Below are positions 25,932-36,617 of a stretch of DNA of 64,000 bases, in pieces. The position numbers and the translations under genes are program-made. Numbering within the stretch: the first letter of the stretch is position 1; every line of letters begins with the position of its first letter. Below the pieces are notes generated by a model that was not told the origin of the DNA, did not search any database, and worked only from the letters and a program-made list of their open reading frames with translations. Source of the stretch: Ranitomeya imitator (lineage: Eukaryota); NCBI RefSeq assembly GCF_032444005.1, contig NC_091283.1:106764001-106828000 (forward strand), written 5' to 3'.

Positions 25932-25971
25932 GGACGACGGCCGTTTCGCGCCTGCGCGCTTCTACGGGTCC
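25932..25971 (-). ncRNA. Hammerhead-like motif with variant core CCGUAGA in the Penelope 3' region
   Basis: GGAC-CCGUAGA-A-GCGC-GCAG-GCGC-GAAAC-GGCC-GUC-GUCC; all three stems pair. Confidence 0.65.
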
Positions 25972-26141
25972 AAGTGTGGGAGTCGAAAGCGTCATTTCCT
26001 TTATAAGAAGCATGACGAGTGAATGTGCACAGGTGATTATAAAAACCAATTAAAACAACAAATCCACGAATGCGGATAAGCACTTAATAACTATTCAGAA
26101 GTTGATCTCAATTTAAATTAGACACTTATAGAAAAAGTCAT

Positions 26142-28163
26142 TTATAAGAATATGGACATGTCCAATTTATCATTAAGTCCGGTTAAACCCTGAGCATTTG
26201 TTTCTAAGATCCATCGGGCTTCCCGTTGTAGCAAACATTTGTTGCGGTCGCCACCATTAGAAGGAGTATTAACTATTTCAAGTCCTGCAAAACGTAGCAC
26301 GTTTGGATCGGCATTGTGCACGTCTTTAATATGCTGTATAAACCGAGGACAGCCTTTTTCAGATGTTATAGAATTAAAATGTTCTCTAAACCTGTGGAAC
26401 ATAGGGCGTATTGTCTTGCCGATATAATAGAATTGGCAAGGACAAGTGATGATATACACTACATACTGTGATTTACAGGTAATAAATTGGCGGACTATAT
26501 GATGAATCGGACCTATACGAATTACTTTATCCAGGAGTCTTAAGTGACAGAATTTACAATTTCCACATTTAAAATTCCCAATGGGCTGTGATTTTTTTAA
26601 CCAAGTGCTATTATCAGGAGTCGTTAGGCGATTTTTTACTATCATATCGCCCAAATTTTTTGTCCGTTTATACGCAAATGTAGGGTGAACTACCAAAGAA
26701 GGAGCTAAATCTCTATCATTCTTTAATACATGCCAGTTCTTATTAATGGCTGCATATATTGCTTTGTCCATTGGACTATGCACAAATGTAAAAACAAATT
26801 TCTCTATTTTCTCTTTTGAGAACTGTGTCGATTTCCTGCGATGGTTTAAGAGACTTTGTTGCGTAAGTTTTTTTACCCTATCTTCCGCTTTTGCCAAAAC
26901 TTTAGAGGGATAGTTTCTATCTAAGAGATTCGTTTTTAATTTATTTATTTGTTCGTTAAATACCAGATCATTATTATTTAATTTTCTATAGCGAACCATT
27001 TGGCTATAGGGAATGCTGTGTTTAGTATGCAGGGGGTGAGCGCTGTTAAAATGGAGTAGATTATTAACTGCCGTGGGTTTTTTATATACACTTGTATTAA
27101 TTTTACCATCAATTATATTTAGCTTTACGTCTAGAAATTCAAGTGTATTTCCCCCATAGCATGCTGTAAACTGCATATTCTCATCATTATTGGTATTAAG
27201 GTATGACACAAAGCTTTCAAAAATTGTTCTTGAACCGTCCCATACAATAAACACGTCATCGGCAAATCTTAAATATGTACGAATATGCTGTAAGTAAGGG
27301 TTATTAGATGAAGTTATATATTTCTCCTCAAAAGCCGCTAGGAACAAATTTGCAAATACACACGCGACGGGCGTACCCATCGCGGTTCCTGTGTGTTGTA
27401 TAAACCACTTATCAAGAAACTTAAACGCGTTGTGCGAGAGAACAAATTTGAGGCTTTCGATAATGAAGTCAATGAAATCCTGATCTTTATCGGTATTAGC
27501 TAGAATCGTACGAATAGCCTCGATGCCTTTGTCTTGGGGAATTCTTGTATATAAACTGACAATATCAATTGAAACCAAAGAAAACGTTGGTTGCCAATCT
27601 ACTGTTTGCATAGCAACTAAAAAGTCTCCAGAATCTTTAACAAAGGACGGGATTTTTTTCAAAAGAGGTTTAAGTAGCCAATCGAGGAATTTGGATAGTG
27701 GCTCCGTTAATGAGCCTATCCCCGAAATTATGGGGCGCCCCGGCGGTTTAGTAGCGTGCTTGTGTATTTTTGGTAAACTATACCAGTTCGGAGTGGTGGG
27801 ATAATCTGGTAGAAGTTTTTCGGCTTTACTCTTGGCTAAGACCCCCTTAATAACATATTTATTCAATAATGTCCTTAGTTTTTCTTTATGTTTGCTGGTA
27901 GGATTGCTGTCAAGCGGGGCATATGTGGCTTTATCATTTAATTGAGACATTGCTTCATCAATATAATAATTTCTATCCAAGATGACTATATTACCACCTT
28001 TATCTGCTTTTCTTATAATCGTATCATCCCATTGTTGTATATCCCGTATCGCTTTTTCCTCGCCATATGAAAGGTTTTTTAATGGGCGGGGATATACAAG
28101 AGCCTCTACTTCTTTAAGGACCAGATCTTTACCATTGTACGTGGTTGTGTGTTTTTTGTCCAT
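26142..28163 (-). CDS. Penelope RT plus GIY-YIG endonuclease, 673 aa, uninterrupted
   Basis: GRPIISG, SIDIVSLYT, GTAMG, YLRFADDVF; Cys linker CGNCKFC; VVYIITCPC..YYIGKT..RFREH, REARWI, GLN. The true N-terminus is probably missing. Confidence 0.95.
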   Translation of the reverse strand: MDKKHTTTYNGKDLVLKEVEALVYPRPLKNLSYGEEKAIRDIQQWDDTIIRKADKGGNIVILDRNYYIDEAMSQLNDKATYAPLDSNPTSKHKEKLRTLLNKYVIKGVLAKSKAEKLLPDYPTTPNWYSLPKIHKHATKPPGRPIISGIGSLTEPLSKFLDWLLKPLLKKIPSFVKDSGDFLVAMQTVDWQPTFSLVSIDIVSLYTRIPQDKGIEAIRTILANTDKDQDFIDFIIESLKFVLSHNAFKFLDKWFIQHTGTAMGTPVACVFANLFLAAFEEKYITSSNNPYLQHIRTYLRFADDVFIVWDGSRTIFESFVSYLNTNNDENMQFTACYGGNTLEFLDVKLNIIDGKINTSVYKKPTAVNNLLHFNSAHPLHTKHSIPYSQMVRYRKLNNNDLVFNEQINKLKTNLLDRNYPSKVLAKAEDRVKKLTQQSLLNHRRKSTQFSKEKIEKFVFTFVHSPMDKAIYAAINKNWHVLKNDRDLAPSLVVHPTFAYKRTKNLGDMIVKNRLTTPDNSTWLKKSQPIGNFKCGNCKFCHLRLLDKVIRIGPIHHIVRQFITCKSQYVVYIITCPCQFYYIGKTIRPMFHRFREHFNSITSEKGCPRFIQHIKDVHNADPNVLRFAGLEIVNTPSNGGDRNKCLLQREARWILETNAQGLTGLNDKLDMSIFL

Positions 28164-28744
28164 AATGGATACTAATCATGAAGACAGCATGGATTCGGAC
28201 CAAGGCACGTCAGCAGAGTACGGATTACTGGCTGGCAGAGAGGGTGCGGAGGAGTTCTTTATGGGTTGTATGCAAAAATAATTATTTTTTCTATAAAATA
28301 GCTTTTATCGTATAAAAGCGCCAAAACATAAAAAAATGATATAAATGAGGTATCGCTGTAATCGTACTGACCCGACGAATGAAACTGCTTCATCAATTTT
28401 ACCAAACGCGGAACGGTATAAACGCCTCCCCCAAAAGAAATTCATGAATAGCTGGATTTTTGGTCATTCTGCCTCACAAAAAATCGGAATAAAAAGCGAT
28501 CAAAAACTGTCACGTGTCCGAAAATGTAACCGATAAAAACGTAAACTCGTCCCACAAAAAACAAGACCTCACATGACTCTGTGGACCAAAATATGGAAAA
28601 ATTATAGGTCTCAAAATGTGGAGACGCAAAAACTTTTTTGCTATAAAAAGCGTCTTTTAGTGTGTGACGGCTGCCAATCATAAAAATCCGATATAAAAAA
28701 CGCTATAAAAGTAAATCAAACCCCCCTTCATCACCCCTTAGTTA

Positions 28745-29094
28745 GGCTAGGTTCACATTGCGTTAATGGGTGTTAATGACAGCTTGCACGGAGAAAATGT
28801 CACAATTAACGCCGTGCAACGGGTCCGTTAGCACACCCATTGACAGCAATGTGATTTTCGGGTGTAGCGCATCGCTAGAGCGTGCCATTTTCGGCTCACG
28901 CTAGCAAGGTGCCGTTCTTTTGTGGCGCGCCTCGGACGCTGCTTGCAGCGTCCGCGGCGCGCCCGAGGTCCGATCCCCGATCTTCCAGAGCGGGGACGTT
29001 AACGCGACCACTAAACACGACACCTAAAAAGACATTGCGTTAGCGCAATCCGCTAGCGCTAAACGGATTTCCCTAACGCAATGTGAACCTAGCC
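28745..29094. mobile_element. PIF/Harbinger-type MITE
   Basis: TIR GGCTAGGTTCACATTGCGTT; TTA TSD; the matching site in copy A (~22895) is empty. Confidence 0.9.
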
Positions 29095-29145
29095 TTAGGG
29101 AAAAATAATAAAATAAAAAAAAATGTATTTATTTCCATTTTCCCA

Positions 29146-29332
29146 TTAGGGTTAGGGCTAGGGTTAGGGCTAGGGTTAGGGTTAGGATTAGGGCTAGGGT
29201 TAGGGCTAGGGTTAGGGTTTGGATTACATTTACGGTTGGGATTAGGGTTGGGATTAGAATTAGGGGTGTGTCAGGGTTAGGTGTGTGGTTAGGGTTACAG
29301 TTGGGATTAGGGTTAGGGGTGCGTTTGGATTA
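29146..29332. repeat. Telomere-like (TTAGGG/CTAGGG)n block
   Basis: Perfect TTAGGG interleaved with CTAGGG at 29146-29218, then degenerate hexamers. Confidence 0.9.
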
Positions 29333-29334
29333 GG

Positions 29335-31920
29335 GTTTCATTTATAATTGGGGTGTTTCCACTGTTTAGGCACATCAGGGGCTCTCCAAACGCAACATGG
29401 CGTCCGATCTCAATTCCAGCCAATTCTGCATTGAAAAAGTAAAACAGTGCTCCTTCACTTCCGAGCTCTCCCGTGTGCCCAAACAGGGGTTTTCCCCCAA
29501 CATATGGGGTATCATCGTACTCGAGACATATTGGACAACAACTTTTTGGGTCCAAGTTCTCTTGTTATCCTTGGGAAAATAAAAATTTGGGGGCTAAAAA
29601 TCATTTTTGTGGGAAAAAAAAAAGGATTTTTTATTTTCACGGCTCTGCATTGTAAATTGTAGTGAAACACTTGGGGTTCAAAGTTTTCACAACACATCTA
29701 GATAAGTTCCGTGGGAGGTCTAGTTTCCAATATGAGGTCACTTGTGGGGGTTTGTACTGTTTGGATACATCAGGGGCTCTGCAAATGCAACGTGACGCCT
29801 GCAGACCAATCCATCTAAGTCTGCATTCCAAATGGCGCTCCTTCCCTTCCGAGCTCTGCCATGCGCCAAAACAGTGGTTCCCCCCCCACATATGGGGTAT
29901 CAGCGTACTCAGGACAAATTGGACAACAACTTTTGGGGTCCAATTTATTCTGTTACCCTTGTAAAAATACAAAGCTGGGGGCTAAAAAATCATTTTTGTG
30001 AAAAAAAAAAGAATTTTTATTTTCACGGCTCTGCGTTATAAACTGTAGTGAAACACTTAGGGGTTCAAAGTTCTCACAACACATCTAGATAAGTTCCTTG
30101 GGAGGTCTAGTTTCTAATATGGGGTCACTTGTGGGGGGTTTGTACTGTTTGGGTACATCAGGGGCTCTGCAAATGCAACGTGACTCCTGCAGACCAATCC
30201 ATCTAAGTCTGCATTCCAAATTGCGCTCCTTCCCTTCCGATCTCTGCCATGCGCCCAAACAGTGGTTCCCCCCCACATATTGGGTATCAGCGTACTCAGG
30301 ACAAATTGGAATACAACTTTTGGGGTCCAATTTATTCTGTTACCCTTGTAAAAATACAAAGCTGGGGGCTAAAAAATCATTTTTGTGAAAAAAAAAAGAA
30401 TATTTATTTTCACGGCTCTGCGTTATAAACTGTAGTGAAACACTTAGGGGTTCAAAGTTCTCACAACACATCTAGATAAGTTCCTTGGGAGGTCTAGTTT
30501 CTAATATGGGGTCACTTGTGGGGGTTTGTACTGTTTGGGTACATCAGGGGCTCTGCAAATGCAACGTGACTCCTGCAGACCAATCCATCTAAGTCTGCAT
30601 TCCAAATGGCGCTCCTTCCCTTCCGAGCTCTGCCATGCGCCCAAACAGTGGTTTCCCCCACATATTGGGTATCAGCGTACTCAGGACAAATTGGACAACA
30701 ACTTTTGGGGTCCAATTTATTCTGTTACCCTTGTGAAAATACAAAACTGGGGGCTAAAAATTAATTTTTGCGAAAAAAAAAAAAAATATTTTAACGGCTC
30801 TGCGTTATAAACTGTAGTGAAACACTTGGGGGTTCAAAGCTCTCAAAACACATCTAGATAAGTTCCTTAGGGGGTCTAGTTTCCAAAATGGTGTCACTTG
30901 TGGGGGGGTTTTAATGTTTAGGCACATCAGGGGCTCTCTAAACCAACATGGCGTCCCATCTTAATTCCAGTCAATTTTGCATTGAAAAGTCAAATGGCGC
31001 TCCTTCCCTTCCGAGCTCTGCCATGCGCCCAAAAAGTGGTTTACCCCCACATTTGGGGTATCGTCGCACTCAGGACAAATTGGACAACAACTTTTGTGGT
31101 CTAATTTCTTCTCTTACCCTTGGGAAAATAAAAAATTGGTGGCGAAAAGATCATTTTTGTGAAAAAATATGATTTTTTATTTTTACGGCTCTGCATTATA
31201 AACTTCTGTGAAGCACTTGTTGGGTCAAAGTGCTCACCACACCTCTAGATAAGTTCCTTAAGGGGTCTACTTTCCAAAATGGTGTCACTTGTGGGGATTT
31301 CAATGTTTAGGCACATCAGGGGCTCTCCAAACGCAACATGGCATCCCATCTCAATTCCAGTCAATTTTGCATTGAAAAGTAAAATGGCGCTCCTTCCCTT
31401 CCGAGCTCTGCCATACGCCCAAACAATGGTTTACACCCATATATGGGGTATCAGCGTACTCAGGACAAATTGGACAACAATTTTTGAGGTCCAATTTCTT
31501 CTCTTACTCTTGGGAAAATAAAAAATTGGGGGCGAAAAGATCATTTTTGTGAAAAAATATGATTTTTTATTTTTACGGCTCTGCATTATAAACTTCTGTG
31601 AAGCAATTGGTGGGTCAAAGTGGTCACCACACATCTAGATAAGTTCCTTAGGGTTTCTACTTTCCAAAATGTTGTCACTTGTGGGGGGTTTCAATGTTTA
31701 GGCACATGAGGGGCTCTCCAAACGCACCATGGCGTCCCATCTCAATTCCTGTCAATTTTGCATTGAAAAGTCAAATGGCGCTCCTTTCCTTCCGAGCTCT
31801 GCCATGCCCCCAAACAGTGGTTTACCCCCACATATGGGGTATCAGCGTACTCAGTACAGATTGTACAACAACTTTTGGCATCCATTTTATCCTGTTACCC
31901 TTGGTAAAATAAAACAAATT
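29335..31920. repeat. Seven-unit ~390-bp tandem array inside copy B
   Basis: TTTTGGGGTCCAA-type markers near 29545, 29933, 30320, 30705, 31090, 31484 and 31875. Confidence 0.9.
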
Positions 31921-33585
31921 GGAGCTGAAATAAATTTTGTGTAAAAAAAGTTAAATATTCATTTTTATTTAAACATTCCAAAAATTCCTGTGAAACCCCT
32001 GAAGGGTTAATAAACTTCTTGAATGTGGTTTTGAGCACCTTGAGGGGTGCAGTTTTTAGAATGGTGTCACACTTGGGTATTTTCTATCATATAGACCCCT
32101 CAAAATGACTTCAAATGAGATGTGGTCCCTAAAAAAAAATGGTGTTGTAAAAATGAGAAATTGCTGGTCAACTTTTAACCCTTATAACTCCCTAACAAAA
32201 AAAAATTTTGGTTCCAAAATTGTGCTGATGTAAAGTAGACATGTGGGAAATGTTACTTATTAAGTATTTTGCGTGACATATCTCTGTGATTTAAGGGCAT
32301 AAAAATGTAAAGTTGGAAAATTGCGAAATTTTCTAAATTTTCACCAAATTTCCGTTTTTTTCACAAATAAACGCAAGTTATATCGAATAAATGTTATGAC
32401 TAAAATGAAGTACAATATGTCACGAGAAAACAATGTCAGAATCGCCAAGATCCGTTGAAGCGTTCCAGAGTTATAACCTCATAAAGGGACAGTGGTCAGA
32501 ATTGTAAAAATTGGCCCGGTCATTAACGTGCAAACCACCCTCGGGGCTTAAGGGGTTAAAAATATTGAAACAATAAAAAAACATAAAAGTTCAAATCACC
32601 CCCCCCCCCCTTTGCCCCATTCAAAATAAAACAGTTAAAAAAAAATCAAATATACACATATTTGGCATCACCGCATTGAGAATCGCCCGATCTATCAATA
32701 TAAAAAAGAATTAACCCGATCGCTAAATGGCATAATGAAAAAAAAAATTAAAAACCTCAGATGTATGCTTTTTTGGTCGCTGCTACATTGCAATAAAATT
32801 CAATGACGGGCAATCAAAAGATCATATCTACACCAAAATGGCATCATAAAACATAAAAACATAAAAACATCAGCTCGGGGTACAAAAAATAAGCCCTCAC
32901 CCAGTACAAGATCACAAAAAATGGAGACGCTATGGGTCTCTGAAAATGGCGCTATTTTTTTTTCTACCAAAGTTTGGATTTTTTTTCACCACTTAAATAA
33001 AAAAGAACCTAGACATGTTTGGTGTCTATGAACTCGTAATGAACTTGGAGAATTATAATAACAGATCAGCTTTAGCATTTAATGAACATGGTACAAACCA
33101 ACTGTGGGATTGCATTTTTTTGCAATTTCACTGCACTTGGAATTTTTTTCTCGTTTTCCAGTACATAATATTTTAAAACCAATGGTGTAATTCAAAAGTA
33201 CAACTTGTCCCCCAAAACAAGCCCGACATGGCCATATTGACCAAAAGATGAAAAAGTGATGGCTCTGGGAAGAAGGGGAGCAAAAAACGAAAACGCAAAA
33301 ACTAAAATATCTCCTATCATGAAGGGGTCAACTGGTGAATCCAGAGACTGAGATTGATAGTGGTAGTTATGTTTGTCTAAGAAACATCTAAAGCACTTTA
33401 CTACATTTCTTAGGCTGCTGCAAGTCTTTTTATTTTCTTTCACTTTATACCTCACAAAACTAGATCAGTCCATGCTGATTAGTAGTTTAACAACAACTGA
33501 CATATTGGATTTACATAGAGTATATATGGTCCTATAATACGGGACCAAAAAATGAGAGCGCAACCGCAACTCCACCTAATACATA

Positions 33586-34068
33586 CAACCTACAAGAGAT
33601 CAGGAGTATACTCTCATAAATATAGATCTAGAAAAAATAGAGCGAAACGCACGTTGGGGCCCTTCCCTTCTGTCTGCCGTGGTCTGTCCCCTTTTCTTTC
33701 CCACATGGGTAAGCACTTTGCATGTTTAGTCTTATGAGTGAGGAGACCCCAGTGATACCAGTAGGGGTATTTGCACATATAGGCTCCCCGTGTAATTATT
33801 TTGGACTATGGGTTACCTATTTTTAATTCACTTTGAGTACCAACATATAGGGACTAACCTCTCCCGGCGGACTGTTTGTTTTATGTGTGTTTTCACCCTT
33901 GTCTTCTCGTCATGTATTTGTGCATTTGGGCTTTTAGCCGTTTTGTATTATTAATGAGCTGGTTGTCTAATAAAGATTCACTTTTGAGATTATTATTTTT
34001 AGACTCTAAGCTCTATTTTTTCTAGATCTATATTTATGAGAGTATACTCCTGATCTCTTGTAGGTTGC
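33586..34068. repeat. Penelope-derived insert bounded by a perfect ~58-bp inverted repeat
   Basis: CAACCTACAAGAG...AAAATAGAGC and its exact reverse complement at 34010-34068; GAAACGCACGTT hammerhead 3' half directly after the left arm. Confidence 0.6.
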
Positions 34069-34254
34069 ATTAGTAGCAGCATTAGATAGAAGGGAAGTAC
34101 TTGCAGCACTCACCGGTCAATAAAATACTGTATTTTTCAGATTATAAAACGCACTTTTTCCCAAAAATTTTTTGGGAAAAATGAGGGTGGGTTCTATAAT
34201 CCAAATTGTAGCTGCGATGGAGCTTACTGGCTGCAGTGGAGCAGGGTCCCAGGG

Positions 34255-34496
34255 TTGCTGCTAACAGAAGCTTCTGGCAGAGGCACCAGTTGGGCGATGG
34301 CTGCAAGCCATAGGCTGACAAGATGAGGTGTCTTGCCTTGCGCAGGCGTGTACTATGGAGGACAGAGACTGAACTTCAATCCAATATTGCAGCCAGCATG
34401 CAGCCAGCGGGTAAGGAAAGGGTGAATCAAACACCCAAAAACCCCGCCCCCATGGCTGAAGATTGTTCCCTCCAAATTTAGGTGACAGAGTCCCTT
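34255..34496. mobile_element. Half of a T2/Kolobok-type MITE
   Basis: Matches the right arm of 40465-40781 and ends CCCT-TTAA. Confidence 0.75.
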
Positions 34497-35508
34497 TAAT
34501 TGAAAATACCCTGCCCCCTGGCCCCATTCTTACATGTAGGTAGTATCCTTCAGCAGAAGCAATGGTGCTAAGGCACATCCACTGATCCACTGATGTACAG
34601 AAAAACACTGTGGGTCCTGATTCATCATGACTGACATATTGCATACTTGAAAACATCCAGAGAAGCTGATCAGGCTCCAGTCCCAGCATATGGCGGTATA
34701 AATAACCTTAAGAGCCCTCGTTTGCAGAGCAATATGCCCTATATTACATTTACAGGTGGTGCTCACATTAGAATGCCAAATCGTTTGTCCATGAAGAAAA
34801 AAATTTAAAGCTGCATTTATGATGTATGCAATTCAAAAAGTCATTGATTTCCAAATTATTGGAATAGAAACTGCGCCTCAACGGGTTCAACTCTGAGTTG
34901 AACAGGTTTTAGCTCAGCTGTTCCTGTCCTGCACACTCCCTGCCCTTCGGTCTGCTAGTCTCTGTTCCAATGAATTGGAAGTGAAGGACTTTTTGAATCG
35001 TATAACTGGTGAGTGCTGCTTTTCATTTTTCACCTTGGATGCCCGATATTGCACGCTCACACTACGCCAGTCTTTCTGGAGTACATAGCACAGAATTTAT
35101 TAAGAAGCATATGCCACTTAATCAAGAACAGGAGTAGCATTTCTGACATACAATATACTGGAATTAATTTGATGGGCAGCCATTGCCGTGCATCGGTCCC
35201 GTCACCGCTCCATCCATTTTGACAAAGTTGATTCAAACTGGTGTGAAATTTTTTTTTTCTGCAACTCCATATTGTGCAAAATGTTTGAAACTTTTCAAAG
35301 TTATTATGCTAGTTTTCTGAACTGGCCCCGGTGCCTATAAATGAGATTATAAGCAAAGATAAATGCAGTAGAGACCTTAAGCATCTATTGAGAAATCCTT
35401 TTATGGCTCAGTACAAAACAATGTTGCAGTTTTTCAGGGTGCATGAGTCTGATGTCTATTGAAAAAAATCTCAGTTTTAAGAAACAGTGGTCTAATATAA
35501 AATATCTG

Positions 35509-35862
35509 AAAAAGAAAAAATAATCTCCAGCATGGATCTTCTAAAAAGTCAATTTATTGAAAACGCTTTAAAATGCAAACATTTGCAAAAAAGAGATGGA
35601 GGTCCCAGGTGGTCAACGCGTTGACGTGGCATTGACCACCTGGGACCCCCATCTCTTTTTTGCAAATGTTTGCATTTTAAAGTGTTTTCAATAAATTGAC
35701 TTTTTAGAAGATCCATGCTGGAGATTATTTTTTCTTTTTCATTGCTGGCTCTGGACTACGCCCTTGACCAAGGCGGCTCCGTGCATGGACATCATTGCAC
35801 TGTTGAGGGATTGGTGAGCTGACTTATTTTCTTCCCATTTTTTCCTTTTTCCCTATTTTTGC
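35509..35862. mobile_element. Short Penelope-derived hairpin insert with a 15-bp TSD
   Basis: AATATAAAATATCTG at 35494-35508 and 35863-35877; ~110-bp inverted arms around CAACGCGTTG; GGTGAGCTG donor-like site. Confidence 0.75.
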
Positions 35863-36105
35863 AATATAAAATATCTGGCTAATTTCAAAGGCATCAGCAC
35901 ATCATATGGTCAGGCAAGGAGCCCTTTTTACATAAGACAACAAAAGAAACTCAGTTCTGTGGGTATGCATGTTTAATTTCCAGACTATTCTTTAGCTGGT
36001 ATTTGGTGATTCTTAGAACTCAGACCCAGCTATTAAATGATCGCCAAATAGTAAATGTTTACCGATTGTCAATCATTAAGTGCTGCTGGTTAAGTTTCTT
36101 TTAAG

Positions 36106-36617
36106 CAGTATTTCCCAAACTCCAGTCCTCATGGCCCCAACAGGTTATGTTGTCACGATTTCCTTAGAATTGTGTAGGGGGTCAGCCCCTGCTAAGAACT
36201 GAATTATACAGTGACTTTAAGAGACAATGCTCCCCTCTGATTTGTGTGCACTTGGACTAGCCTTTCTTCCCTGCAGCTTGCTGTGTGTTGGTTTTGAACA
36301 AGAAGCAGGAAGCATTTTGGCTCAGGGAGTGAAGAGGGATCCTGTCTGTGAGAGACAGGCAGGACAAGTGTGTCACACTATTGTGTCTTAACAATGGGAA
36401 ACTGGAAAATAAACTAACAGCTTCAAGGGAGAATGTACTGCCCAGTTACTGCAGGATCGATCACCAGGACCGTATCAGAAGGAAAGAGTAACACAGCACA
36501 GCTAGGGTGGCTACATTTGCACAGGTGATAGAAGTATCGATGTGCAATACTATGGAAATATTGAAAACATGACCTGTGAGGGGATTTAAGGAATGAAATG
36601 GAGTTTGGTTAGCACTG
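36106..36617. mobile_element. Decayed hAT-type MITE with an LTR-like insert (~36173-36512)
   Basis: CAGTATTTCCCAAACTCC versus GGAGTTTGGTTAGCACTG termini; TSD not preserved. Confidence 0.5.

Larger units (their letters stand above)
25641..28269 (-). mobile_element. 5'-truncated Penelope-like retroelement (Neptune-type) with a 16-bp TSD
   Basis: ATGCAAAAATAATTAT at 25625-25640 and 28270-28285; the matching site in copy A (~23360) is empty. Confidence 0.92.
24701..32555 (-). mobile_element. Large non-autonomous piggyBac-type element, copy B (inverted relative to A)
   Basis: TTAA at 24697-24700 and 32556-32559; termini are the reverse complements of those of copy A; hosts Penelope and Harbinger inserts. 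Confidence 0.85.

Noticed and set aside
19400-31950. Many 60-110-aa ORFs recurring with similar sequence
   Set aside because: They are by-products of the 390-bp array; frames and stops are not conserved between units.
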